Positions 39,026 to 49,407 of a stretch of DNA of 64,000 bases are shown piece after piece; within the stretch, counting starts at the first letter, position 1; the number at the start of each line of letters is the position of its first letter. A program made the position numbers and the translations under genes. The notes under the pieces are model-generated. The model ran no database searches and was not told where the DNA came from. It saw only the letters and a list, made by a program, of their open reading frames with translations. Source of the DNA: Acidimicrobiales bacterium (GTDB lineage Bacteria > Actinomycetota > Acidimicrobiia > Acidimicrobiales > RAAP-2); the NCBI GenBank assembly GCA_035534335.1, contig DATLSF010000024.1, positions 63,692 through 127,691 of the forward strand, read 5' to 3'.

Positions 39026-39931
39026 CTAGGCCTCGCGGCGCACGACGTTGGCGAGGACCTCGATGAAAGCCGGGTCGTCGTTGAGCGACGCCGTGCGCAC
39101 GAGAGTGATTCCCGCCTCACTGGCGACACGTTGAGCGTCGATGTCGATGTCGTAGAGGACCTCGAGGTGGTCGGAGACGAACCCGATTGGACACGACACG
39201 ACGTCGGTGACGCCACTCGCGGCCATGGCGCGCAGCTCGTCGAGGATGTCCGGTCCGAGCCAGGTGTCCGAGGTGCGTCCCGCCGATTGCCAGGCGACGT
39301 CGACGTTCACCACGCCGGCGAGGTGGGCGGCCCGCGACGCGCTTTCGTGGAGTTGCGCCGGGTACGTGTCGCCGGCACTCAAGATCCCCTCGGGCAAGGA
39401 GTGAGCCGAGAAGAGGACGACCGCCGCGGCTCGCCGCTCCTCTGGGACGCGGGAGAGGGCCTCGGTGACCCTGGCGGCGACGAGTTCGAGGAATCCCGGC
39501 GCGTCCCACCACTCGCCGATCGGCGAGAAGTCGACGCCGGCGCCCAACGCCTCTCTCGCTCGCGCCATGTACTGGTCGGTCGACATGGTCGACGAGTGCG
39601 GCGCCAGCGCGAGTCCGATGACCCGTGCGACGTCGTCGTCGACGAAGGAAGCCGCCGTCTCTTCGATCATCGGCGACTCGTACTTGGACCCGAAGCGCAC
39701 GTCGAACTCGCCCGGGTGGCTGTGCTCGAGCGCGGCCGCCAGTGCCGACACTTGGTCGAGCGTGCGACGTGTTAGTGGAGAGATGCCGCCGATGGCGTCG
39801 TAACGGCGAGTGAGGTCGGCCAGTTGCTCTTCGGTAGGTGGCCGCCCGTGGCGGATCCGGGTGTAGTACGCCTCGACGCCGTCTCGCGACGCCGGCGTCC
39901 CGTAGGCCATGACGAGGACGCCGGTACTCAC
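39026..39931 (-). CDS. hemH: Ferrochelatase (coproporphyrin ferrochelatase type)
   Basis: MAYGTP, IRHGR, RYDAIGGISPL, FSAHSLP, WQSAG, WLGPD, GFVSDHLEVLYDID. Confidence 0.95.
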   Translation of the reverse strand: MSTGVLVMAYGTPASRDGVEAYYTRIRHGRPPTEEQLADLTRRYDAIGGISPLTRRTLDQVSALAAALEHSHPGEFDVRFGSKYESPMIEETAASFVDDDVARVIGLALAPHSSTMSTDQYMARAREALGAGVDFSPIGEWWDAPGFLELVAARVTEALSRVPEERRAAAVVLFSAHSLPEGILSAGDTYPAQLHESASRAAHLAGVVNVDVAWQSAGRTSDTWLGPDILDELRAMAASGVTDVVSCPIGFVSDHLEVLYDIDIDAQRVASEAGITLVRTASLNDDPAFIEVLANVVRREA

Positions 39932-40962
39932 GCGACCCCCGCGAGGCCTTCGTCGTGCACGACGCGCACGACGGCCTCGAGCACCGCGGGGTCCGTCGAG
40001 GGCAGGACCCCGTGACCCAGGTTGAAGACGTGTCCCGGCTCGCGGCCGGCGCGGGCCAGAACCTCGCGCGCGCCCGCGATCCCCTGGTCCACACTGCCCA
40101 GGCACCGCGCGGGATCGAGGTTGCCCTGGACCGCCCGGGCGCCGACGCGACGCCGCCCCTCGTCGAGGTCGACGTGCCAGTCGACGCCGACCACATTGGG
40201 TCCGCACGCGGCCATGAGGTCTAGCAACTCTCCCGTGCCCACCCCAAACAGAATGGTCGGCACGTCGAGATCGGCGAGTGCGTCGAGGACTCGCGTCGTC
40301 GCCGGCTGGGCAAACCGGCGGTACTCGTCGCGCGTGAGCGCTCCGGCCCACGAGTCGAACAGCTGCAACGCCGAGGCGCCGTGAGCCACCTGGAGGCGCA
40401 GGAAGGAGATCGTGATGGCGACCAAGCGGTCCATCAGTCGATCGAAGAGGTCCGGCTCGGCGTGCATGAAACTCTTGATGACGCCGAAGTCTCTCGTCGG
40501 CGCACCCTCGACGAGGTAGCTGGCCACGGTGAAGGGTGCGCCGGCGAAGCCGATGAGCGGCGTGGCGCCTGGGGCCAGCGCGGCCACCACGAGGTCGACG
40601 GTCGTGGCGACGTGGGCCACGTCGGAATCTTCCAGGTCGCGCAAGCGTTCCAGGTCCGACGCGCTCGCGAAGGGCCGGGCCACCACCGGACCGCGGCCCG
40701 CCTCGACATCGACGCCGAAACCCAGTGCGTGATAGGGCACGACAATGTCCGAGAAGAGGATCGCCGCGTCGACGCCGTAGCGGCGCACGGGCTGCAGGGT
40801 GACCTCGCAGGCGAGGTCGGGGTCGGCCACCACGTCGAGGATCGACCCGGTGCCGCGAAGGGCGCGGTACTCGGGAAGTGAGCGTCCCGCCTGGCGCATG
40901 AACCAAACCGGGACGTGATCGACGCGTTCGCCGCGGCAGGCCCGCAGGAAGACTGACTCCAC
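39928..40962 (-). CDS. hemE: Uroporphyrinogen decarboxylase
   Basis: PVWFMRQAGRSLPEY, FSDI, GAPFTVASY, FDSW, QGNLDP, FNLGHG. GTG 40962 follows an AAGGAG SD. Confidence 0.96.
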   Translation of the reverse strand: MESVFLRACRGERVDHVPVWFMRQAGRSLPEYRALRGTGSILDVVADPDLACEVTLQPVRRYGVDAAILFSDIVVPYHALGFGVDVEAGRGPVVARPFASASDLERLRDLEDSDVAHVATTVDLVVAALAPGATPLIGFAGAPFTVASYLVEGAPTRDFGVIKSFMHAEPDLFDRLMDRLVAITISFLRLQVAHGASALQLFDSWAGALTRDEYRRFAQPATTRVLDALADLDVPTILFGVGTGELLDLMAACGPNVVGVDWHVDLDEGRRRVGARAVQGNLDPARCLGSVDQGIAGAREVLARAGREPGHVFNLGHGVLPSTDPAVLEAVVRVVHDEGLAGVA

Positions 40963-41071
40963 TTTGCTCCTTCGCCGCATCTCAATCTAGGGGAGTACTT
41001 GCGACCGCTGGGGTGGTGCGGTTCGCCTAGACTTGTCAGACCCCAATCGCAGATTCTGAAGAGAGGTCGAC

Positions 41072-43390
41072 GTGGCCCACGAGCGCGAAATCGCCGAGGA
41101 ACAGAAGTTCCTTGACGTAGCTCTCAACGCCCTGGACCACATGCGAGATGAGGCGCGTTCGATGCGTGACGGCGCCGCGGTGGCGACGATGCGTGGCGCC
41201 GGGGACCTGGTCGAGCGAGACGTCGTGATGGGCACCGCGCTGCAGCGTCTCGACCAACTGGCCATTGGTGACCAGCCACTCTTCTTCGGGCGACTCGACT
41301 ACCAGCCGGACGAGGTCGGTCGCGTCGACCGCTTCCGCGTCGGTCGCCTCGCGGTGACCGACGAGCACCAGAACCCTTTGGTCGTCGACTGGCGAGCCCC
41401 GGTAGCCGAGCCGTTCTACCGCGCCACCGGCGTCGAGTCGCTCGGTTTGTCGCGCCGCCGCCACGTCGCCGTGCGCGGACACGAGGTCATCGGCGTTGAG
41501 GACGAGTACTTCGCCGACGCCGATGGCAACCTCACGCTCCCCGAGGACGCGGTGCGCGACGCGACACCCGATGGTCTGGTCGAGGGCGGCCTCGCCCTCG
41601 GCGGTCCCGGCGCGCTGCTCGCGGCGTTGGGTCAGGCGCGCACCGGCCACATGGGCGACATCATTGCGACGATCCAAGGTGAGCAGGACCGCATCATTCG
41701 CACGCCGCTCGCCGGCGTCCTGCTGGTGCAGGGCGGGCCGGGCACCGGCAAGACCGCTGTCGCCTTGCACCGTGCGGCGTACCTGCTCTACACGCACCGC
41801 GCGACCCTCGAGCGCCAGGGCGTTCTCGTCGTCGGACCGAATCCGCTCTTCCTCAACTACATCGAGAACGTGTTGCCATCCCTCGGCGAGTCCGGCGTGA
41901 CGCTCTCGACCATCTCGGGCCTGGTGACCAACATTGCGGTGCGTGGTCGCGATGACGACCGCGTCGACCGGCTCAAGGGTGACCTGCGGATGGTGCAGTT
42001 CCTGACGCGGGCCCTGGCGACGCGCCAACGCCCGCTGCGCGAGGACGTCGAGATCCCGATCGGCCGGGCCATCGTGGTGCTGCGCGCGCGTGACACCAAG
42101 GAGGTGGTCGAGCGCGCGCGTCGGCGCCCCGGCAACCACAACCAACGCCGATCCGCGGTCGGACGTGAGTTGGCCCAGCGACTGGCTGTGCAGTACCGCA
42201 GCCGGTTCGCCCACGACCAGGCCGACGTCGACGACGCATTGAGTGAGCTGTCGGAAACCATTCGCACGAGCGCCGAATTCCGTGCGGCCCTCCAGCGGAT
42301 CTGGCCGCGACTGAGCGGTCCGGAGCTTCTCCATGACCTCTTCGGTGCCAAAGCCCTCATTCGCGCGGCCGGTGAGGGTCTGCTCAGCGAGGAGGAGCAA
42401 TCACTTCTCTACCGCGAACGCTCCGACGGGTTCGAGAACATCGCCTGGACCAAGGCCGACGCCGCGCTCATCGACGAGGCGCGAATCCTGCTCGGCCCCC
42501 AGCGTCGACCCCGACCCGTGATTCGACCGGGTGACGTTCTGGAGGGAATCGACCTGGACGCGTACCAGGGAGACCAGCGCGCGGCGGCCCTGCGTGAGGC
42601 GCAGCGTCAGGCGCCGACACCGGTCTTCGAGCTGGATGAAGCCGAGTTCGTCACCTACGGCCACATCGTCGTCGACGAGGCCCAGGACCTGTCGCCGATG
42701 GAGCTGCGCGTCCTGCGCCGGCGCGACCTGAACGGCTCCATGACCGTGGTGGGCGACATGGGTCAGGCGACGACCGCGTCGTCGTCGGCCTCGTGGGGCA
42801 CCGTGTTGGAGGTCCTCTCGCCTCGGCGTCCCCCGACGCGCGTCGACCTCACGGTCAGTTACCGCACCCCTGAAGAGGTCCTCGCCTTCGCCGCGCCGAC
42901 GCTGGAGGCCGCGTCGGCGGACCTGACCTCGCCGCGACCAGTGCGCCGCGCCGGGGTGAATCCGATCGTCGAGGAGGTGGCCGCCGACGACCTGCTGGCG
43001 AGTCTGGTCGCGGCCGTGAACCGAGAGACCGCGGCGGTGGCCCCGGGTCGCGTCGCCGTCCTCGTGAGCGAGTCGTGCGTTGCCGATACCGTGGCCCAGT
43101 TGCGTCGCGAGGGCGTCGACGCCGTCGATCCCCTGGGCCCCGAGTCCCGGGGCCTCAGCGCCGACCTCGTGGTCCTGGCCGCCGAGGGCGCGAACGGGTT
43201 GGAATTTGACGCCGTCGTGGTGGTCAATCCGGGCCGCATCGCGCGTCGCGAGTCGCGCGACACCGAGCCGACACCGCGCGGACTTCGCACCCTCTACGTC
43301 GCGATGACCCGACCGACTCGACGCCTGTCGATCCTCTCCAGCGAGCCGCTGCCCGCGACAATTGAGGTCGCGCGGGACCGCCAGTCGTAA
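41072..43390 (+). CDS. helD: HelD-family UvrD-like RNA polymerase recycling ATPase
   Basis: FFGRLD, VDWRAP.A.PFY, IIATIQGEQD, GGPGTGKT, VDEAQD, GDMGQ, GLEFD, LYVAMTRPT. Confidence 0.88.
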   Translation: MAHEREIAEEQKFLDVALNALDHMRDEARSMRDGAAVATMRGAGDLVERDVVMGTALQRLDQLAIGDQPLFFGRLDYQPDEVGRVDRFRVGRLAVTDEHQNPLVVDWRAPVAEPFYRATGVESLGLSRRRHVAVRGHEVIGVEDEYFADADGNLTLPEDAVRDATPDGLVEGGLALGGPGALLAALGQARTGHMGDIIATIQGEQDRIIRTPLAGVLLVQGGPGTGKTAVALHRAAYLLYTHRATLERQGVLVVGPNPLFLNYIENVLPSLGESGVTLSTISGLVTNIAVRGRDDDRVDRLKGDLRMVQFLTRALATRQRPLREDVEIPIGRAIVVLRARDTKEVVERARRRPGNHNQRRSAVGRELAQRLAVQYRSRFAHDQADVDDALSELSETIRTSAEFRAALQRIWPRLSGPELLHDLFGAKALIRAAGEGLLSEEEQSLLYRERSDGFENIAWTKADAALIDEARILLGPQRRPRPVIRPGDVLEGIDLDAYQGDQRAAALREAQRQAPTPVFELDEAEFVTYGHIVVDEAQDLSPMELRVLRRRDLNGSMTVVGDMGQATTASSSASWGTVLEVLSPRRPPTRVDLTVSYRTPEEVLAFAAPTLEAASADLTSPRPVRRAGVNPIVEEVAADDLLASLVAAVNRETAAVAPGRVAVLVSESCVADTVAQLRREGVDAVDPLGPESRGLSADLVVLAAEGANGLEFDAVVVVNPGRIARRESRDTEPTPRGLRTLYVAMTRPTRRLSILSSEPLPATIEVARDRQS

Positions 43391-43424
43391 CTCGGACCCC
43401 GCGCCATCTACTAGAAATGTAGGC

Positions 43425-44021
43425 GTGAGTCAGGCGATTCCCCTCAATAGCCTGGCGAAGTCGGAGAAGATAGTTCACGATCGGCCGCCGATGCTCGCCA
43501 TCGGCGTGATGATCTGGCTCGGCAGCGAGTTGATGTTCTTCTCCGGGCTCTTCGCCGCCCTGTTCACCATCCGCGCGCATCTGGCGGCGTGGCCCCCCAA
43601 GGGCACGCACCTGGACGTGCTGCAGGCGGGCATCTTCACGCTGGTCCTGGTTTCGTCGTCGTTCACGATGCAGTGGGCCGTGTGGCTGATTGAGCATCGG
43701 CGCCGCGCCGAGGCCCGACGCTGGGTCTACATCACGATCGTCCTGGGCGCGCTCTTCATCGGCAACCAGGCCTACGAGTGGACCCACATCGTGACGCGCT
43801 GGTACACGAACTCCTACGGCTCGATCTTCTTCATCACGACGGGACTGCACGGACTGCACGTCTTCCTCGGCCTCGTCGCCATGGCCTTCCTCCTCTTTCG
43901 CATGCGCGGCAGTGAGGGCGACCCGGGAGAGCTGTCGACGTTCCAGGGCGTGAGCTACTACTGGCACTTCGTCGACGTCGTGTGGATCGGCCTCTACTCG
44001 TCCCTCTTCCTGCTCAAGTAA
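43425..44021 (+). CDS. ctaE: Cytochrome aa3 oxidase subunit III
   Basis: WLGSELMFF, TGLHGLHV, YWHFVDVVW. Confidence 0.93.
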   Translation: MSQAIPLNSLAKSEKIVHDRPPMLAIGVMIWLGSELMFFSGLFAALFTIRAHLAAWPPKGTHLDVLQAGIFTLVLVSSSFTMQWAVWLIEHRRRAEARRWVYITIVLGALFIGNQAYEWTHIVTRWYTNSYGSIFFITTGLHGLHVFLGLVAMAFLLFRMRGSEGDPGELSTFQGVSYYWHFVDVVWIGLYSSLFLLK

Positions 44022-44023
44022 CG

Positions 44024-44914
44024 ATGACTCGATCCGCGCTCACTCGACTTGGGGCCACGGCGTTCATCGCCGTGCTCGGCTGCGCCCCGGTGCTGCTGCT
44101 GGCGACCGGCGCGCACGCGGCGGGCAAACCCCCGTATCAGACGACGCGCAAGAACGCGGGCACGCCCAACTCCTCTCAGGTCGTGACGGGTGCCAACGGC
44201 CAAGTCATCCGTTACGGCAACGGCGCCATCACCTATACCAATCCGTCGCCGGGGCTGACCCAACTGGGCGAGGCCCTCTTCCAGGAGAACTGCGCCACCT
44301 GTCACGGGGTCGAGGCCAACGGCGTGCCGGCCGCGGGCACCACGGGCGCGTTCCCGAACCTGGTCGGACTGGGCAGCGCCACGATCGACTTCTGGATCGA
44401 GTCCGGCCGGATGCCCGCCACGAATCCGCGCGTGGTCGAGGCCGTGCGTCGCACCCCGCGGCTGACCCACGACCAGGCCCTGGCGATCGCCGCGTGGATC
44501 AACTCGCTGTCACCGGCCTACCCGGCGATCCCGACCGTTCACCTGGCCAACGCCAACGTGTCCGACGGAGCCGCGCTCTTCGCGGAGAACTGCGCGTCGT
44601 GCCACACCATTGAGGGCATTGGTGACGCGTTGGCCAAGAGCACCTTCTCGCCGTCGCTACGCCACATTCCGGCGACGCAGGTCGCCGAAGCGATTCGCAC
44701 CGGTCCCGCGAACATGCCGCGCTTCACCGGCAACCTCAGTGACTACCAGGTGCGCGACATCGTCAAGTACGTCACCACCGAGATAGAACACCCCCGCAAC
44801 CCCGGAGGTTTCGGACTCGGCGGGCTCGGTCCGGTCGCCGAGGGATTCGTCGGACTGGCCCTCGGCGTCGGTGTGCTCGCGCTCGCGGGATTCTGGGTGG
44901 GGGAGCGCCAGTGA
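44024..44914 (+). CDS. qcrC: Cytochrome bcc complex diheme cytochrome c
   Basis: Two CxxCH motifs (CATCH, CASCH), GRMP, GPANMP, GPVAEG. Confidence 0.92.
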   Translation: MTRSALTRLGATAFIAVLGCAPVLLLATGAHAAGKPPYQTTRKNAGTPNSSQVVTGANGQVIRYGNGAITYTNPSPGLTQLGEALFQENCATCHGVEANGVPAAGTTGAFPNLVGLGSATIDFWIESGRMPATNPRVVEAVRRTPRLTHDQALAIAAWINSLSPAYPAIPTVHLANANVSDGAALFAENCASCHTIEGIGDALAKSTFSPSLRHIPATQVAEAIRTGPANMPRFTGNLSDYQVRDIVKYVTTEIEHPRNPGGFGLGGLGPVAEGFVGLALGVGVLALAGFWVGERQ

Positions 44915-45843
44915 GCGACGAACAGCGCACTCCCGTGACCCTCGGCGGACTGTCCGAGGACGATCCGCACCTGCAGCCGGCCTCGGCGCATCCGAAGCGC
45001 GCCGAGGCGATCATCGCGGTGACAATGTTCCTCGGGCTCGTTCTGTGCGCCGCCTTCGGCGCGTGCTACTGGGTCAACGCCGCGCCATGGACGTTGGGGG
45101 CAACCCTCGGGGGTGGACTGAGCTTCCTGGGAATTGGGATGGCCGCGTGGGGCAAGTACCTGATGCCGCGCGGCCCCTTCGTCGAGCAGCGCCACCCGCT
45201 CGCCGCGTCACAGGACGAGCGCGAGGCCTTCGTGGGCTCGATCGTCCAGCGCGGCGGCAGCCTGATGAAGCGCCGCAAGCTGTTGGGCGGCCTGCTGGGC
45301 GGCGGGCTCGGCATCTTCTCGGTGGTCGCGATCTTCCCGCTGTTGCGCAGTCTTGGTCCGCTGCCGAAGGGGACGCTGTTTCACACCGACTGGCGCAAGG
45401 ACTCCTACGTGGTGGACCAGGGCGGGCGACGCGTCTCGGTGGGCGACCTCGCGGTCGGTTCGATCATGACGGTCTTTCCCGAGGGCACCGAGGACACCGA
45501 CCGCGGACAGGCCGTCGACCAGACGGTGTTGATCCGCGTCTCTAACGAGAGCTTCACCACCCAGAAGGGCCGTGAGAGCTGGGCGCCGATGGGCTACGTC
45601 GCGTATTCCAAGCTCTGCACGCACCTGGGCTGTCCGGTCGGCCTCTACGAGCAGCAGCTCCAGCTGTTGGTGTGCCCGTGCCACCAGTCGATGTTCGACG
45701 TGACCAACGGCGCGATCCCCAACTTCGGTCCGGCCCCGCGGCCCCTGCCCCAGCTGCCGCTCTACATCGACGCGGCGGGTTTCCTGCGCAGCCAGGACGG
45801 CTACAACCAGCCCGTGGGCCCCGGATTCTGGGAGCGCGCGTGA
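44911..45843 (+). CDS. qcrA: Cytochrome bcc Rieske Fe-S subunit
   Basis: CTHLGC and CPCHQS, GPAPRPLPQL. Confidence 0.94.
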   Translation: MSDEQRTPVTLGGLSEDDPHLQPASAHPKRAEAIIAVTMFLGLVLCAAFGACYWVNAAPWTLGATLGGGLSFLGIGMAAWGKYLMPRGPFVEQRHPLAASQDEREAFVGSIVQRGGSLMKRRKLLGGLLGGGLGIFSVVAIFPLLRSLGPLPKGTLFHTDWRKDSYVVDQGGRRVSVGDLAVGSIMTVFPEGTEDTDRGQAVDQTVLIRVSNESFTTQKGRESWAPMGYVAYSKLCTHLGCPVGLYEQQLQLLVCPCHQSMFDVTNGAIPNFGPAPRPLPQLPLYIDAAGFLRSQDGYNQPVGPGFWERA

Positions 45844-47375
45844 GCGACGTCGTCGTCACCCGGCGCTCCCAGCGCAAGGCCCTCGGCCAGTTCGGCCAGG
45901 TCGGCAAGGTCATCGACGACCTCGACGACCGCTTGGGGATCGCCAAGGGCGGTCGGAGCTTCCTCGACAAGATCTACCCCGACCACTGGTCGTTCCTGCT
46001 CGGCGAGATCGCCCTCTACTCCTTCGTCGTCCTGCTGGCGACGGGCGTCTTCTTGACCTTCTATTACACGCCCAGCCAGGCCCTGGTCACCTACCACGGC
46101 AGCTTCCTGCCCCTCGACGGCCAGAAGATGACCGAGGCGTACTTCTCGAGCGTCAACCTCTCCTTCGCGGTGCGCGGCGGACTACTGATGCGCCAGATGC
46201 ACCACTGGGCCTGCGACATCTTCGTGGGCGCCATCGTCGTGCACATGGCGCGGATCTTCTTCACCGGCGCCTTCCGCAAGCCGCGCGAGCTCAACTGGAT
46301 TATCGGCCTGACGCTGCTGATCCTGGCCATCGTCAACGGCTTCTTGGGCTACTCGCTGCCCGACGACCTCGTCTCGGGCACCGGCATCCGCATCGCCTAC
46401 TCGATCATCCTGTCGATTCCGCTGGTCGGTTCCTACTTGGCGTTCTGGATCTTCGGCGGCAACTTCCCGGGCAACGGGGTCTTCGAGCGCTTCTACATCG
46501 CCCACGTGCTGCTGGTGCCGGGCATCATGATTGCGTTGGTCAGCGTGCACATGTTCTTGATGTTCCGCCAGAAGCACACGCAGTTCGACGGCGGGGGCCG
46601 CACCGAGGACAACGTGGTGGGTAAACCGTTCTTCCCGGTGTTCATGGCCAAGACCACGGGCTACCTGCTGATCATCGCCGGGGTGATCGCGCTGTTGGCC
46701 GCCTTCGCCCAGGTCAATCCGATCTGGCAGTTCGGTCCCTACGAGGCCGCGCGCATCTCCTACGCCGTCCAGCCCGACTGGTACATGGGGTTCCTCGACG
46801 GGGCGCTGCGCATCTGGCCCAGTTGGAGCTTCCACAGCTTCGGCCATACGATTCCGCTCGAGGTCACGATCCCCGCGGTCGTCTTGCCGGGGCTCATCTT
46901 CAACCTGGCCTTCGCGTGGCCGGCGATCGAGCGGCGCTTCACGCACGACGACGAGTTCCACAACCTGCTGGACCGTCCGAGCAACCGACCCAAGCGCACC
47001 GCAATCGGTGTCGCGCTGCTCACGTTCCTCTTCGCGCTCTTCGTGGCCAGCTCCACCGACGTCCTGGCCAACTTCTTCCACGTCTCGCTCAACACGGTGC
47101 TCATCGCCATGCGCGTGATCGTGCTCGTCACGCCGGTCATCGCCTACGTGGTCACCTACGTGATCTGCAAGGAGATGCAGGCGGTGCGCGGGGCCGGCCG
47201 GCGCAAGACCGCGAACATCGTGTCGCGCTCGCACGAGGGCGAGTACACCGCGACCCCGTCGCCCGTGTACCCCGACGACCGTCACGACAAGCTCGAGCCC
47301 ATCCCCGTGCCCGACTTCATCAGCGCCCCGGAGCCCGACGTCGTTGAGTCGGGCGTTCGCACGGTCGAACGCTAA
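45840..47375 (+). CDS. qcrB: Cytochrome bcc cytochrome b subunit
   Basis: HWSFLLGEI, RQMHHWA, RKPRELNW, GYSLPDD, QPDWY. Confidence 0.95.
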   Translation: MSDVVVTRRSQRKALGQFGQVGKVIDDLDDRLGIAKGGRSFLDKIYPDHWSFLLGEIALYSFVVLLATGVFLTFYYTPSQALVTYHGSFLPLDGQKMTEAYFSSVNLSFAVRGGLLMRQMHHWACDIFVGAIVVHMARIFFTGAFRKPRELNWIIGLTLLILAIVNGFLGYSLPDDLVSGTGIRIAYSIILSIPLVGSYLAFWIFGGNFPGNGVFERFYIAHVLLVPGIMIALVSVHMFLMFRQKHTQFDGGGRTEDNVVGKPFFPVFMAKTTGYLLIIAGVIALLAAFAQVNPIWQFGPYEAARISYAVQPDWYMGFLDGALRIWPSWSFHSFGHTIPLEVTIPAVVLPGLIFNLAFAWPAIERRFTHDDEFHNLLDRPSNRPKRTAIGVALLTFLFALFVASSTDVLANFFHVSLNTVLIAMRVIVLVTPVIAYVVTYVICKEMQAVRGAGRRKTANIVSRSHEGEYTATPSPVYPDDRHDKLEPIPVPDFISAPEPDVVESGVRTVER

Positions 47376-47380
47376 GTCGC

Positions 47381-48469
47381 GTGTCGAGCCCGCGCGAGGG
47401 CTTCGCCACCTCGCTCGGCGTGGTCGTGCTCGCGCTGGCCGCGGTCGTGGCCCTGACCACACTCGCCGTTGGACGTGGGGCGACCCCCACGACGTCGACG
47501 TCACCGCCCGTGACCACGACCACGGTGGTACGCGAGCGACCCCAGGCCGGGTGGGCCGTGGCCTCGGCCTCGGGGCGCGGGGTCATGGTCGACGTCACCA
47601 CGATCCGGGTCCACGGCGCGCGCTTTCGCGTGGTGCGCCTGCGCGCGCGTACGACGTTTCTGCGTTGGCACGTCGGACTGGGGGACCCGGCCAACTACGC
47701 GCTGGTGCCCCTCGACGCCGGGCCTTCGATTGACTGGCCCGACGAGGGCCCCGCCGGCGTGGTGGCGGTCTTTAACGGCGGCTTCAAGCAGGCGGCCCAC
47801 GCCGGCGGGGCGATGGCCGACGGGCTGGTCCTCGTGGCGCCGACGCCCGGGCTCATGACGATCGCCCTGGACGCCGCCGGGCACTGGGCGATGGGCGAGT
47901 GGGGACGCAACTTTCCCCCGATCGGCTTCCACGCGGTGAGCTGGCGCCAGAACCTGGGTCCGTTGGTGCTCAACGGCGCGCCCACCGCCGCGGCGTCCGG
48001 ACCGGTGGGCGCCTGGGGCTCGCCGCTCGGCCAGGTGCCCTCCGAGCCGCGCACCGGTATCGGCGTCGACCGGTCCGGCAACCTGCTCTACGTCGCGACC
48101 ATGAGCGCCGTCCTACCCATCCAGTTGGCGACGGCGCTGGTGCGCGCCGGCGCGGTGACGGCCATGGAACTCGACATCAATCCCTACTGGCCGATCCTCG
48201 GGGTACCCACCGCCGAACGCCACCACCCCGGGATGCCCTACGCGATCGGCCTGGCCGGGAGCGAGCACGCGGCCACCGTCTACGACACCGGGTGGTTCCG
48301 CGACTTCTTCGTCGCGCTCGCCGAGCCGACGCGCTGGACCTGCCAGTGGACCGGCCCGGGACTGCACGCGGGCGCGGTGCCCCAGCCCCAACGGCTGCGC
48401 CGCGTCGGCGTCTGCTCGCCTCGGGCGCCGTACGTCGCCTCGTCTGCGGGCTCCTTCTCGTCGCGGTGA
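47381..48469 (+). CDS. Membrane-anchored phosphodiester glycosidase (NAGPA/DUF2233-like) protein
   Basis: N-terminal TM, Thr-rich linker, VFNGGF, RQNL.PLV, RTGIG, AMELDIN, RDFF. Confidence 0.6.
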   Translation: MSSPREGFATSLGVVVLALAAVVALTTLAVGRGATPTTSTSPPVTTTTVVRERPQAGWAVASASGRGVMVDVTTIRVHGARFRVVRLRARTTFLRWHVGLGDPANYALVPLDAGPSIDWPDEGPAGVVAVFNGGFKQAAHAGGAMADGLVLVAPTPGLMTIALDAAGHWAMGEWGRNFPPIGFHAVSWRQNLGPLVLNGAPTAAASGPVGAWGSPLGQVPSEPRTGIGVDRSGNLLYVATMSAVLPIQLATALVRAGAVTAMELDINPYWPILGVPTAERHHPGMPYAIGLAGSEHAATVYDTGWFRDFFVALAEPTRWTCQWTGPGLHAGAVPQPQRLRRVGVCSPRAPYVASSAGSFSSR

Positions 48470-48498
48470 CGACCATGCCCGTGGCTAGCGTGGGTCAG

Positions 48499-49407
48499 GT
48501 GAGCACGGCGACCGATCCTCGTTGGCCCTCGGCCGCCACCCTGGTCGCAGAGTCACCCTGGCCCGCGCGCCGCAACGTGGGTCTGGTGGGTGTCTCGACC
48601 TACCTGACGTCGGTGACCACGCGCTCGTGGAAGTCGACGCCGGAGGCCGTGCGCGAAGCACTCACCAAGTACTCCACCTGGTCCGAGGAGGCGGGCGTCG
48701 ACCTGGCCGAGCACGTCGGCCTCGTCGACTACGGCGACGTCTTTGACCCCGATGGCGAGAGCGGCACCGCCAGGGTGGCCGCTCACCTGGCCCAGCGCGA
48801 CGAGGGCCTGGACCTGCTCCTCGTGCTCGGCGGGGACAACGCGGCCACCTACCACGCGTTCGTGGGTCTCGCCGGCGAGGACCTCGCGTCGTTCGGCCTG
48901 GTCACCCTGGACGCGCACCACGACCTGCGCGACGGGGTCTCCAACGGCTCGCCGGTACGCCAGTTGCTCGAGGCGGGGCTGCCCGGCTCCCAGGTGGTCC
49001 AGGTCGGCATCGCCGACTTCGCCAACTCGGCCCAGTACGCGGCCGCCGCGCGTGACGCCGGCGTCACGGTGATCGCGCGTTCCGAACTGCGCCGACGCGA
49101 GGTCGAAGAGGTCGCCGCGGCGGCGCTCGCGGTGGCTGGCGCCGGGGGCCGCTCGGTCTACGTGGACGTCGACCTGGACGCCGCGGACCGCGCCGTGGTG
49201 CCGGGGTGCCCCGCGGCCCTGCCGGGGGGACTGAGCGCCGACGAGGTCCGCCGGTTCGTGCGCGCCGTGGCCAGCGACCCGCGCGTTCGCGCGCTCGACC
49301 TGACCGAAGTGGACGTCGGACGCGACAGCGAGGACCAGCGCACGGTGCGCCTGGTGGCGCTGTGCGTCCTCGAGGCCCTGGTGGGCGTCACGGCGCGCGC
49401 CTCGTGA
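48499..49407 (+). CDS. hutG: Arginase-family formimidoylglutamase
   Basis: GGDN, DAHHD, DVDLD Mn-ligand motifs. First gene of the hut cluster. -10 TAGCGT (48486-48491) lies 7 nt upstream. Confidence 0.78.
   Translation: MSTATDPRWPSAATLVAESPWPARRNVGLVGVSTYLTSVTTRSWKSTPEAVREALTKYSTWSEEAGVDLAEHVGLVDYGDVFDPDGESGTARVAAHLAQRDEGLDLLLVLGGDNAATYHAFVGLAGEDLASFGLVTLDAHHDLRDGVSNGSPVRQLLEAGLPGSQVVQVGIADFANSAQYAAAARDAGVTVIARSELRRREVEEVAAAALAVAGAGGRSVYVDVDLDAADRAVVPGCPAALPGGLSADEVRRFVRAVASDPRVRALDLTEVDVGRDSEDQRTVRLVALCVLEALVGVTARAS

Noticed and set aside
40981-41071. Rifamycin-associated element upstream of helD (HelR-type resistance gene)
   Set aside because: No RAE-like inverted repeat is visible. The region only shows divergent -10 elements (TAGATT, TAGACT), so this is treated as housekeeping HelD.
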